Assembly (NCBI GenBank): GCA_965202585.1 | Contig: OZ241828.1 | Coordinates: forward strand, 49,848,001 to 49,912,000 | DNA from: Thalia democratica | Taxonomy: Eukaryota | DNA: 64,000 nucleotides | Direction of reading: 5' to 3' | Shown here: positions 12,901 through 25,934 of the stretch, one piece after another | How positions within the stretch are numbered: the stretch's first letter is position 1 | How the letters are laid out: each line of letters begins with the position of its first letter | Notes under the pieces: model-generated | What the model saw: the letters and a program-made list of their open reading frames with translations, nothing else | What the model was told of the DNA's origin: nothing | The model's database searches: none | Position numbers and translations under genes: made by a program

Positions 12901-15900
12901 GGCCGCAGTTGTAACTTTAGTTATAACGCGTAAGTTTCAAATGTTTCAGACCAAAGAATGTCTACTTTAATTTTCAATTCTCACGTCTACTATAAGACCT
13001 TTTTTTTTTTTACTCTTCATTAGAAACCCCAGAATGTCTAATATAAGTTTCAAAAACTTCTTTAGCGGGCCAAATTTACATGCTTGCGGACCGCATTTAA
13101 ATTTTCAAGGATCGCTGTTCTACCGTATCCTACAGTTTTCCGACCCGACCCTGTTCTGATACTATAGTTTTAGTAAAAAATCATAAGTTTTAAAACCCCA
13201 AAACTTTAAATGATTCATTTATAACAAGTAAGCTTTAAATGAGAGTTTCCTAAAGTTGGCGATATCGCCTCCTTTTAGGCGATTTTGGTTGTCCTTGAGT
13301 GAAAAATAGTAAGGAGATATAAACATAAATTGGTAACTAACTAGTAAAGGTTAAATATTTACTAAAGGGATGCGATGGTTTTTAATTTCTTCTTTGTGGG
13401 TGATTATTAAAATTTGTTTGAAAAACCCTATGATTTAAAATAAATCACAATGCAAGTCCAATTTAATTGCCTGATTTTTAACCAAACTTTTTGTAAAACA
13501 CTAACAGTCATTAACATTTAAAGATAGCTTGGAAATAACTGTTTTATACCTACCGGTTATTTTAGTAATTAGAAGAAACATTCATTTCTAAACAAATTTA
13601 AACAGTTATCTTTTTTTCCCATCAAACTTAATGTTTTGTAGTTCATAAGACTGGAATTAAAATCAAATCCAGGACAGTTAAATAAAAATACTTTCTACTA
13701 TTTTAAATTTTGCAGAATAATGTCCGAAATAAAGAAAAAAAAGATGAATTAAAAGAAGAGGGTGAAATTAAACCGATTTTCGAGGTAAAAATTGAATCGG
13801 TGAATACTGAAGTAAATGAAAAAATCGAAGGTAATTTGAATAAAAAGATTAGTGTCCTTTCATCAAAAAAAGCTTCAACAACGACGAAGATTAATTTTAA
13901 TGAAAGTTTTGAGGAGAAAAGATCACAAGAAAAACAAGTATAATTTTGTTTGATTACTATACAAGTGTGTTATGTAAATGCGTACTTTTTTACGAGTAAA
14001 TGTAAAATTAAAAAAAAATAATGTACCGACAAATTATGAAAGGTTTTTATAGTTTTAAACTGTTAGTAAAAAATCGTTTAGTTTATTGATTTTGCAACTA
14101 ACGAATCTAAAGTATTATTTTAAAGATTATTCTTAAAACTTGTTTCGTTATCCAAATTAAAAAAACACAGTTAGCTTAAAGTATTTTGTAATTAGTATAA
14201 AATTATTGCTTAATTAATTAAAACAAAGCTTAGTTTGCACTGATGGTTTTAAAGAATATGACTAACAGTTTTTTCATTCTAATTGTGCTAGCTATTCAAA
14301 GTTAAAACTAGTTGCTTTAAAACAATAAAGGTAGGTTCAGAAATATCTTCAAAAGAACTTAAGAAAAAAAGGTCCAAGTTAATGAAAGGGGCAACTAGTT
14401 CAAGCCTTGGAAAATCCTTAGACAAGTAAGTTAAAGAGTTGTTTATTTTATTCTATCTTTGAAACGTACAACGCAAAAACAGTTATCTACAAGCTAGAAA
14501 AATTACAACTTCAAGTGACTTTCTAATAATATTTTTTCATTATCCAAAAGCAGTAAACAACATATTGATTAACTGTTTTTTCGAAGGTTTTTTTCTTTTT
14601 CATTTGTAGATTGCATTCTATGCAACAATTTAGTAGTAGTATGTAAAACACTTAAAGCCACAAAAATAAGTTTAGTGAATTATATATTTTATAACAAGAA
14701 TTTCTATTATTTAGTACTGGAAAAAAGTCTAAAACCAAAATACTTAGAAAAAGTTTGCCAACAAAATCATACAATAAGAAACCGACTTCAAAATCAAATT
14801 TTAAAAAAGAAACAAAAAATAATACATCTCTTCATAAAAAAAATAAAAAAGAAGGAAGTTGTACAAAAATTGAAGAAAAAACATGCAAAATAATAGAAGA
14901 AGAAAATGAAACTAGTTCTAATGATAGTATATTAAAGGATTCAGATGAAAATGTTTCATTAGTTGTGGATGAAAAAGTAACACGTAGTGATAACAGTGTA
15001 TCTACAATTTCTGCAGGCTTTGAGGAAACAACCTCAAAAATAGACGTGCCTTTTAAAGACTCGACAAGTGAATGTAACTCTCAGTCAAAACTTCCTGTTT
15101 GTACTAAATCTTCTGCGACTGTAAATGATCTGTCAATTATTTGTTCTGAAGTAGACAAAGTTGATTTTACAGATACGAGTTTACCTACTCAGAATTTTCA
15201 GCCAGATGACTATTCTAAATCTACTTATCTCACAAACACATTAACCACGTTGAACTCAATTCTACATGAAGCAAAGCATTTGAGAGATAAGCCAGCTATA
15301 AGACTCTCTGAATCTAATAAGCGAACTTTCAAAGAAAACGAAAAAAAAGAACGTATAGGTCATATCAAAAAAGAGCAAACTTCTGCAGACAAAGGTAAAA
15401 GAAGATTAGGTTCAACATTGAAAAAAACGCACGACATTTCAAACAGAGACTTGGTAAGCTAATTTAATAATTTTAATAAAACCTTGACAAAATATATTTG
15501 AACTAGAAAAATTTAAGGTAGCTTTGGTTGTATTACTAAAAATTTTAAGAACGTATCCTAAAAAACTAATTAAGTAATATACTCTATTATTTCCTGCTTC
15601 GTTTTTTAATAAACAAATATTTGTCGTAAATGTCACTATCTTGTTCTAACTGCTCAATCATTTGATTAATCAAAGTTTTGCTTTGAACTTCTTTTTACAT
15701 AGTCATAGTATACTAAAGGTAAGTAGAATTACAATAGTTATTAAATCATAAAAAAAGCTTACTTAGTTGCTGAAAAATAAATTATGTACGAAAGTACTCT
15801 AATGCTAATTTTCATTAATTTTCTTTTTCGTTCTATGTATAAAAGTTATATATACTACCTGATAATTTTGAAACACATCAATTAATGATAAGGAATTTAG

Positions 15901-18900
15901 TAGAACTTTCAAGCAAGAATTTTTTTTTTAAATATATTATCAAAACATTAATTCTATCTATCAAAATAAGTGGATATTTTCATCCTTAAATAAAAAAACA
16001 AGCTTAAAGTATTTTGACTTTAAAAAGCCAATACTTTTAGTTGTTATAAAACTTATTTGTAGCGTTTGTAAGCTTTATTTATTTTCATTAGTTTTTTTGT
16101 TTACAAAAGCAGTTGTTACGCGATAAGTGTTTTTAAAGTTTATCGGTTTTAAAAAGTTATTTTAAAACTTACTGCAATCGAAAAAAAAAAGTTAAGTCTT
16201 ATGTCTAGTTAGGTTAAAAGTTGATTGTTAAGTAGTTTTAAAGAAATGTTCATAAAACGGTTTTATACTACTTGATAGTTTTGAAGTTTTCAGTATGAAT
16301 TTATAACAAGTTAATCTTCATAGACTGCGAAAAATAGTTTTAATCAAAAGCAAGAAAAGCATGGAATACCACCAAAGTTTAATGAAGGTGTGGAATGTTT
16401 TGTAAGTGTATTTCGTATTTTTAAAATTTTAAAAAGACATATCCTTTAACATTTTCTATACTGTTATTTTTTTAGAACAAACTTATAATTGATTTTAATA
16501 GGAAGTAACACAAAAAAAGTTGCAAGCACAATCAAGGTTAAACAAAGATTTTGAATCTCTTGTAAGTAAAATTTATATTGATGTAATGTAATCCAAAGTA
16601 TTAATATTAGCTTATATTCCAACAATTAAATATCTTTTAAAGTTTCATAAAAAACTATAACAAGTTAATTATCATAGGAAAAAATAAACAACATAGACAG
16701 AAAACATAATTACCATGAAACACTAACAAGGTCTAACAAACATTCGGAACCTTTTGTAAGTTTTATAAATCTCACTTAAAATCTTTCTAGCAAAAACTTG
16801 CTTAAATCCATTTTAGTTCTTTAACTTCACCAAAAAATTACAATAAATTTATTAAAAAGCAGATGAAAAAACAATTTGTGAATTGGCAGGAAATGTATGA
16901 AGCAATAACAAACTCTAACGACACATCTGTACCAACCGTAAGATATAGTTTGTTTTTTTGTTAAGCAGCAATTAAGTGTAAATAGTTTTTAAGTATTTTC
17001 TACCGTTAGCTAATTTTAGAGAGTTTAAACTTTTAACATTTTTTTTTGTTTTGAATATAGCAAAGACATATATGCTTAGTTTATTTTGAAAATAGTAATT
17101 TTCAGATAAGTATTTTTTCAGTTTTTGAAAAAGAGTAGTATTTTTACAGGTTAAGAACTACGAAAAAAAAGAAGTAAATCATAATTTGTGGAAGATTAAA
17201 GAAGGTTTGAGTTTTGTTTACTTTTGTAATAATGAAATATAGGTGGTGGACAAGCAGTAAATACTTTCCTTGTACCATATAACTTAAGAAGAGTATGTAA
17301 ATTGTTTTAATTTAGATAAATTGATACAGAATAAATAACAATTATGGGTTTTTAATTGAAGCTTAGAATATTAATAACTATAAGTAATCAAAAAAAAAGT
17401 ATAAAACTATTTTTGTTAAAAATTGAACCCTTTGGAAAAATTTAAAACATTGATCTAAATTTCAACTAAAAAAAAATTTTTCAAAAATTAAAAGAGTTTT
17501 AAACTTAATATCTTTTAAACATATACAAGGTTTAGATAAATCGATTTAATTTCGATGTATTTAATATCTAGTAAAATTTCTAGTTTTAAAAATATTTTAA
17601 ATTTTTTTATATACATTTTGCTTTATATTAAAAAAGGATTACTTATTTTTTTTTCTAGATATAAACTAGGTTTGTCGGAAATTGTTAATTAAAGCATTTA
17701 GAAACATTTTTTTATATTTTTTCTGTGTTAGTACATAGCTGACTCTGTTCTAAAGTGTCTTCCTCAATTAAAAAATATGTACTCTGCATGCCTTGTACGA
17801 GTTTTAAAAGATTGTTCCAAATGTAGTATCTTAACGAAAACTACTGTTTTTATGGACATTTTTATTGGGAAAGTTAATATGTTATTTAAAGCGAAGTTAG
17901 ATAGAAATTTATTTAAAAGCACAAGAACAAAAAACTACTGTCCTAGGCAAGACATTTAACTGTATACATGGTCTTTGACTCTATAATCAAAAAGTTTTTT
18001 CGTACACCATGTCCTTGGACCAAAATTTTTAACGCTTATTTCAAAACAAACTTTCTGTATAAACTAAAATAACTGCTTAGCATCTACTAAAAAAGGTTTG
18101 TAGCATAATACTTCTAAAATCGAATTTTAAAGCATAACAAATATTTCAAAACTAATTTAGTGATTTACTTGCTTAGTATATTAATTTAACTCAAATGTAT
18201 TTCATCTAAAGTATTTAAATCGTCTGTAAAATTTTATTTATTTATTTAGTTTTCATTATCACTGTTACGCCTGAACCTTACCCTCGATCGGTCAGCGGTT
18301 TTAGAATTTAATTGGGTGGGTTTTGATCGGGTTGATTTTGAACGTGGGTGAATTTTGAACTGGTCCCGTTACTCTAAAAGTTTTGCAAAATTCTCTTGCG
18401 TGTTATTGCAGAAACGGATTGAAATTTTAAAAAAAATGTTTAAAGCTATTTTAAACTAATATAACAACAACTTTTATCTTTTAGTTTTACTAAGAAAAAT
18501 AACTGTTTACTAACAACATTGCACACATCAGTTTGTTCAAAAAAAACCCAAAGTTTTTTGTTGTCATATTCTGAAAAAAAACGGTTTTTGAGTTATAGAA
18601 ACAAATGTTTAAATTTTAGTTCCATATGCTTTATTTTTCAAACCCTTAAAAAATCTCGTTAAAACACGAAAGACGCTGTTAAAGTTTTAAAAGTATTAAT
18701 TGTTTATTCTTAACTTTTTTTTTAATAAATAAAAAACAACAAAATAAAAGTATACAATTATGGTTCGTTTTTCTTTCAAAACTAAAGTTTTGTTGATTTT
18801 TTTGCAGACTCTGATGTCAAGACTGCAAACCAAGTTTACTTCAACCCATTTTCAACGTCGACATCAACGAAAAACCATGGCTTTGTTATAGAAGACAGCG

Positions 18901-21900
18901 CCTTCAAAGAAAGTATAGAATCAGGTAAACAATGTTACATCTTTAGGTTAAATGTTAAACAAAAATTGTCATTAAAAAAATTATTTAAATCATAACCAAA
19001 GTAAGCAATGATTACAAATACTTCAAAACTGTTGACATAAACTTTTACATATTAAATTTTTTATTATACAATGTAAAAAGTAACATAAGATAATAAATTT
19101 AGAGCAGTAAACATTAAGTGCTCTTTTTATATTTACTAGTAAAACTTAATACGAGTAAATGCTTGGCATTAAATTATTATATAGATTTAGAGAACTTCTA
19201 TGAACGTTGAAAAAATTTAAACAAAACTGTTATAGTTTTAGAGCTAAAAAATTACGAAAGATTCTCGTTATATAAAAGTATTTGCTTAATAAACAACTAG
19301 CTTTTTTTTATGTCTAAACTGACGAATTTTAATATGTATTGTGGTATTTTTATTTTTCTATTTAATCAAAAAGTTTAAGTACAACTTTAATGAAAATGAA
19401 AAATAAAAATGACAATCAATTTGTTACTTAACTATTTTTGCATGCAGAAATAATAACTTTTTAGAAAAGACAATTGAACACCACGCTATGAATTTCCTCT
19501 GCTCAACAAATTTCTTCACTCCCTTTGAACTGGTTATGATTTTTAAAAGGCTCGGATACATAAAAAGAGATGTTCAAAATAACAAAAAGCTATTACGAAA
19601 AGAAGACAGTTCTAAAGTAACTCCAGCATGGGTTGATAAAATCCTAGAAGACGAAGTAAAACTTAAAAGACTTACAGAAGCAAATAAAATACTAGTAGAT
19701 AACGAATACTTTGAACCTCATTTTTATGAGGAGAAAGTAGTTTACGATGATAGTCTTATTTCACTCAATTCAGTTGAAACCGAATACAATAAAGTTTGTT
19801 GTTTTTTCAATGATACCATAAAAAGTTCTTTTTATCTTAACTTATAACTTTACAGTAACATTTATATTAAATTTTACTTTATCTTTTTTATCAACCGGGT
19901 GATGTTTTTTATCTAGGTTTATTTTATCCAGAATCCTTTTTTGTTTTGTTTTTAGAGCTTAAAGCTTAGCAACTGAACTTGTAAAGATTCATTTTTCTAT
20001 TTTAATTTTGCGCTTTGAGATAAACTAGTTATCTTGTTTTTAACATACAACTTTGTAAAAAATTTCTTTTCTTATGCTAACCGTACTACTTCCATAGCAA
20101 AGTTCAAATGCGACAAAAGTAGCAGCACGTATGCTTGATGGGGCAGAAGTTGTCGAGATAAAGCAGCTAGTTACCAAATCAGTTGCTCAGCTGTGTGTCG
20201 ATGTAAGTTGTAATCTGTTTTTCTAGCAAAATTACTTCGAAAAACAAAAACAACTACATTTGAATTTTTTTTTCATTTAAACTAAAACCATAAGTAATTG
20301 ATAATACTATAGATTTTTTATAAAAAAACACGAAAAACTTTAATATTGTTATGTGTTAAGAAGAGAATATAAATAGTATGATGTAAAAAATAAAAGTATT
20401 TCTAACCTAATAAAGATATTACGATAAAATATGTTGCTTTTAATGCTGTAAACTAAATATAGTTTTAATGCTTTAAAACCTGTTTTATAAACAGTAATAT
20501 TTTAGAGAAGCGTATAACAGATGCTCATTGTTTTCTAACGACTAGTCTTAGTAAATATATTTGATCCTCGCGAGTTATATTTTACCCAAAGCTCTTCAAA
20601 AATATTTTTTACAGTTGAATGAAATATTACAAGGACTAACTCACTTTTTTAATCATTCTCAACAAACTTTGGGAAGTGTTGTTTGCATGATGTCGAGAGC
20701 AAACGACACCATAGCTCGATCTACCGAATACGAGAATGAATACGTTAGTTTATAAATACTCATCGTAAAAGTGGTACATTTTTAAGAAGGTTCAATTTGT
20801 CTTAAAATAATATTTTGCTTTTACACAACTATGTTTAATACATAGAATCATCACATTTACAGCTTTCTCGGCGCAAAACAAACAACATTGAGCTGCAAAG
20901 AACTAAAAAGGAATCGATATTCGGTGAAAAGGTTGGTTCATTAGATATGATAAAATAACTCTTCGTTTACACCAAAAAAAATTACAGACACGAAAACAAT
21001 TGAAAAGAGTTGAACTGAAAGTCACACAAGCTATCAGTGAGTTTATGCGAGCTTGTACAGCTGAAATTGATATTGAGGTTCTTTTTTATTTTTTAATGTT
21101 CATTTTTTTTCTAATTTTTAAGGTTCTTATTATTTTAAAGTCATTTCCAGCCAATTACCTACATTATTTTTTTTTGAAATTGCTTTTTTGTCATTTTCGT
21201 TTTTGCATACAATTTAAAGGTAGATGCGTACGAGCACTTGCGCGATCTTCTTGGATTACGTCACTTTGATCGACACCATTCAGTGTTCGTAGACAGTTTT
21301 AAAGGAATACGGGATAACGCGAACACTGTTTGCAAGCATCAAACCTTTATTTCAAATCAAGAAAGACGCAAAATTTGGCAAGAAAAAAGATGGGTGTGCA
21401 TCATGCAGAAGCTTGCAAAATACTATGATGGTAAAGTTTAGATTACTTTTACAATAGTATGTTTTTTTTTTGAGCCGGTTTTTGGTCTAACATGATTTAT
21501 AAACTCTTTAAATATCAGCCTGTCTGAATATGCTTTTAATGCTACAATTTCTTTGTTGTTTGTTGTGAATACATTTAACTTGAAACTTCAAAACATCATT
21601 ACAAACTCAGTCTGTAATAGTAGTTCTTCATTCAATATTAAGACTTAATTTATATTTTGTTTTTATGTCATCATTCAGCTGGAAACGGAAGTTTGAATTG
21701 TGGTGCACTTCGTAAAATGAACTTTTTCAATACTTCCACTCATATCAACCACAAAACCAACAATCATCTCTGTAAAAAAGTTTCATCACGATTCAGTAAG
21801 TCGACTAACAGTTTATCTTAGCCTAAAAATTGGTTCTTTGGTTTTGATTTTGTTCATTCTCTTTTTTTATTAGAGTGGACCTATCCAAAAAATGAACCAA

Positions 21901-22671
21901 ACCCAATAAAGCACATTAGGCTAAAAAATATGAAAAATGATTTTAGTTTTGACTACTTAGAAGATGAAGATAGTATCACTGCTTGGAAATTAGTCAAAGA
22001 AGCTTCAAGTTAGTGCACTATAAACAATTTTTACACGTAAAAAAATTAAAAAGACTTTTAAAAACAAAATGAAACTAAAGTTTTTAACAAGTTTTTATTG
22101 TTTTAGCCGAGAGAAAAATTAATAGTTTAGTTTATGTTAGATTAATTATTCTTTATAGTTGTTTAATATACTTAACACCTTTTTCTAAACTATTGTTTAA
22201 GAAACATATAAGTAGCTTATTGATTTTTTTTTGTTTTAAGGAAGCATACTAGAAATTAAATCTAAACCAATAAATACTGTAATAAAACTTAAAATAAATG
22301 GTTCTATAATATTTAAACTAGTAGATAATTAAAAAGAAAAAAATTGTAAAAAGTACGAAAATGATTAATTTATGTTAGTGTAAAAGCGATTTATTATTTA
22401 AAATTAAAGAAAAGAAAAATATGTAAAACAGTGTGTGATTTATTTGTTTAATTGTTCTATTGATACTTTTAGAATCCCACATAAAAATACTTTTAATGAT
22501 TTAAGATTAATTACGTAATAACATTTTTAAAGATTTTTAAAAAACTACTAATACTTAGATCACCCAAAAGGAGTGAGCAACACAGGTGACTACATCAAAG
22601 GTGAGTCGTTTGAAGGAAGCAAAAGATTCAGTTGGCTGCACCCTGCTATGCATGATGTTAATGCTAGATAA
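6962..22671 (+). CDS. Uncharacterised multi-exon protein (~1360 aa): N-terminal coiled coil, Lys/Ser/Glu-rich low-complexity middle, helical C-terminal region
   Basis: Phase-consistent GT-AG exon chain: 6962-7303, 8365-8472, 8717-8884, 10693-10912, 11204-11439, 11945-12037, 12272-12373, 13716-13937, 14331-14425, 14715-15453, 16324-16401, 16502-16561, 16678-16755, 16863-16937, 17150-17204, 18808-18924, 19465-19793, 20098-20202, 20615-20743, 20863-20931, 20988-21077, 21220-21430, 21679-21795, 21874-22008, 22559-22671 (stop TAA). This accounts for the supplied ORFs at 6962, 10711, 11290, 12272, 13710, 14755, 19488, 20561, 21000 and 21238. I recognise no domain. A few middle boundaries (12373, 13937, 16863, 19465) are less certain. 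Confidence 0.8.
12842..13153. mobile_element. hAT-type MITE (~310 bp) in an intron of gene 1
   Basis: Starts CAGGGGTC, ends GACCCGACCCTG, with internal GCGGGCCGC/GCGGGCC motifs typical of hAT (Charlie-like) subterminal regions. The 8-bp flanks match only 5/8, so the TSD is not confirmed. Confidence 0.6.
17949..18040 (+). repeat. ~90-100-bp dispersed repeat, 3 copies (17949-18040 +, 43117-43198 -, 46711-46802 +)
   Basis: Shared core ATAA.CAAAA..TTTTTT.GTACACCA.GTCCT..GA..AAA.TTTT in all three copies. Confidence 0.7.
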
Positions 22672-22797
22672 AAAAAATAAACAAAATTAAGTGTATAACC
22701 GGATTCTTTTTTCTTATAAATGCTTCGAATGAAGCTAAATTTTCCACAAAAAACAAATTCTAATCTGTTTATATTTATTTTTCGACTGGTAAACCAG

Positions 22798-22877
22798 GAG
22801 ATAGTTATGTTTGTAAGAAAAGCGAAGCTTTCAGCTGGCTGCAGCCTGCTATGCATGATTTTTATGCTACAAAATGA
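22798..22877 (+). CDS. Candidate alternative terminal exon of gene 1 (GDSYVCKKSEAFSWLQPAMHDFYATK*)
   Basis: An internal consensus donor AAAG|GTGAGT at 22600/22601 joins in phase 1 to the acceptor CCAG|G at 22797/22798. The frame is open to TGA 22875-22877, and the peptide is paralogous to the read-through C-terminus. Confidence 0.55.
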
Positions 22878-23999
22878 AGAAAACAAACATTTAAATAAAA
22901 ATTTACCTTTTTATGAATGCTTTATTGATACTAAAAGTTTCAAAAAAAGGACAACAATAGTTTGCTTATACTTAATTTAGCGAGTGGTAATTGTCTTTGT
23001 CAAGAGGTCTATAAACAGGATAGTTTTATTTTTCATGACAAACGTTTTAAAGGTACTATAAGGTACCCAAACGTATAAATACACATTATAAGTAGTCAAT
23101 GATAAATATGCTACGTAATACTTTTTCAGCTGCTTTTAACTTAAATCTTATAAAGTTAGAAAGCTTTGGTGTTACAATTTTTTCTATTTAACAGAATATA
23201 TACAACATTTAACTTAATAACAAAATTGAGGAGTGAACAATGATTTTTTTAGTTAACAAAGTATTCAAATAAATTAAAAACATATTTTTCTAGTTGTGGT
23301 TTCAGCTAAAATTTGCTTCTAAATCTTTAATAAAGTACTTGGTATGGTTTATTGAATACTTTGTAATTTTAGTTGTTTTTTTCGTAGTTTTAACTATGCG
23401 CGAAACTTGTTGGAGCTTCAATAATTTTTTTTTTCAGTTGCATCCGATTATGACCTTTCTATATTTGGATTGATTTAAAAATTTTCCTTAAGTTAAAATA
23501 ATGGTTTAAAAAATGTTTTTAATCTTAAATAAATCTTCTTTTCTTTTAAAACTAAATGGATTTGGATTAGGCAGGTTGATAGGTTAGGATCTGAGGGTAA
23601 CCTGATATTTTGTTTTTGTAATTAAAATCCGGTAGATCTTTAGAATTTGATAATTCTTGGTCAAAATTAAGTGAAACTAAACTTAGTATAACTAACTTAT
23701 TAACTTACTATGAATTATCAAAGTTTTTGTTAAAGTTTAATTTGATTATTGCTTTAGTATACAACATTACTGCTAAGTTTATTTGGAAGACATAAGTTTG
23801 TTATATTTCATAACACTACCAAAATATGTACTAAAGTCTATATTTAGACTCTATTAACAGGCAAAGTCTTAAAAGTACTACTACTAGTACGCTAAGGTAA
23901 AAAAAAACCTTCAAAGTAAACTAAAGCTACTCTTTGTAATAAAGCTTTTTTTTTTGAAAAACTGCTATCTCCACTTAAAAAACTATTTCATTATAAACT

Positions 24000-24800
24000 A
24001 TTATGCAAAAAGTATTCAATAAGTTACACAAGATACACAATTTCAAAAACACTGAATATATTTCGAGCAATTCTCTTCAGTAGAGTACAATGCTAACAAA
24101 TAATAAGATACTTCACACTTATATAGTAACCAAGCAATAATAAAGTAATCAAGAAATTAATAAAAGACAAAAGCAATTAGTAAAAGTTAAAATCAAATAA
24201 TCCCATTCACGTTATAATTAATCTAAATTAAAACTAAACATAAATAAAATGAAAACAATCCTTATAAATGTTACGAAAATAAAGAAACAGTATAGTCAAA
24301 ACCTTTTTGCTTACATAAAACAGGTTTCCTTAACAAAATACAAATGGCTTCTAATTTAATCAAATCGAAAACATACTACAAATTTTAAATCCATCTATAT
24401 TATAATTGTTTGCACAAGTTGGATTATTAACAAGATGTTCTGAAATAGATGAACGTTTAGATGCATTTAAAACCTTTACCAATATATCATCTTTCTTATC
24501 TGACAGGCAAAAATGCTCTACACATTTTGGTATGTGTTCTTTTATTCTCTTCCTTAGATCCAATACAATTGGTTGTTAATCCAATATAACTTGATGTACA
24601 ACAGCAACTGTACTGGTAGATTACCATACTTTTATTTAATTTTGATACTCGATCCGTACCACCTGGTGTTATTAGTGGCTTAGAGGTAAAAACAATTCTA
24701 GGGTTCGCTGCATAATAAGTATTTCTTACTAATTGTCTAATTTATTAAATATATTCATAATATTATCATAACCTGTTTTAAATTAAATAATATTTTTCAA
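24000..24800 (-). mobile_element. Penelope-like retroelement 3' remnant: GIY-YIG endonuclease C-terminus and downstream pseudo-LTR-like tail
   Basis: Minus strand reads ...YYAANPRIVFTSKPLITPGGTDRVSKLNKSMVIYQYSCCCTSSYIGLTT, frameshift, LRKRIKEHIPKCV...SSISEHLVNNPTCA..., frameshift, DLIKLEAICILLRKPVLCKQKGFDYTVSLFS*. These are the VxY.x.C.C...YIG.T...R..EH and LEA..I...KP.LC.Q motifs of PLE endonucleases. Boundaries are approximate. Confidence 0.85.
24050..24087 (-). ncRNA. Degenerate minimal hammerhead-ribozyme-like motif in the Penelope tail
   Basis: Minus strand TACTCTA-CTGAAGA-GA(ATTGC)TC-GAAA-TATAT-TC-AGTG: CUGANGA and GAAA cores, 2-bp stem II, AT-palindromic stem III and a UC site. Stem I pairing is offset or disrupted. 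Confidence 0.45.
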
Positions 24801-25934
24801 ACCAATGAAACAATTAGTTTGCTCTATAGATTAAAAATATTATGTCTAACATTTAATCAGTAAGTTGTAAAATTCTATTTTAAACCAGCTTTATTACACT
24901 AATACGAACTTGTAGGAGTTACTCTAACTCGGCCAAAGCGTCTATAAAGAATAAGAGTTTACATTAGACTAGAAATGTAATTTGACATATATAAAACTTA
25001 ATAATTAAAAATAATCTTTCTTGCTTACCTCTGTTTATGGAAATTTAAATAGTTATTTATAATCAAATGAAATAAAGTGAACCATTATTTTTATGGTAAT
25101 AACTTAAAACCTCTACTGCACTACACAAAACTTTTTGTGATAAAATCTTTGATGAAACCAAACTAATTTCAAACTTGAACATCAACTATAGAAAATGTAA
25201 AGGTTAAAAAATACACCGTATAAAAACAATTAATTTTAAACTTCTTTCATACACTTATTCTACTTATACATAAAGTGATAAGAAGTTGCCACAAAATATT
25301 TTAGTTGCGTTTGTGCATTTTTCATTAGCGAAACTATATTTAAAATACACAAAACTTTTTTTTTTAATTCTTAAAAGTTATTTTGACAATACAACCAAAT
25401 AAAAAACTAATTTTGATTACTTGTAAGCTTGTTTATTAAAAGTTCAAATGCGCAAACATTATTAATACCTGAATATTAAATTTTTTTACGAGTCATCTTC
25501 CATACATAAATAAATTGAACCAAATGGAAAACTATGAAAGGTTTTATATATCTTTAATTTATTAAACACATTAAATAAACCCTTCGTGCTTTTTGTTCAA
25601 AAACTAGTACTAAGTTGTAACACTAGCTCGCTTAAAAATATCAATAAAACGGAAATAACAATAATCTCTTTGGATATAAAGATCGGTATTACTTAGTCTC
25701 ATTTCTAAAATAAACATATATTACGTATAAGTGTAAAAAAATTAAAACTTATTTACGAAACAAATAAAGGATAAACGTTAAATTAATGGCTTAATTCCTA
25801 GAAATAAGATTGTCGCAAATAAAAGTGTTAAAATAAAACAAAAAAAAAAATAAAACATGAATTCTATTAAATATAAACAAAATATTCGAACATTGAGGTT
25901 AAAACGGCAAGAATAGAAAGTAAAGTTTATCTGA

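Noticed and set aside
14675-14893. Lys-rich 72-aa ORF
   Set aside because: Alternative frame of gene 1 exon 14715-15453.
22590-22980. ORFs 22590-22886 (-) and 22720-22980 (+)
   Set aside because: Shadows over the duplicated terminal segments; the frame consistent with upstream exons encodes FSWLxPAMHD.
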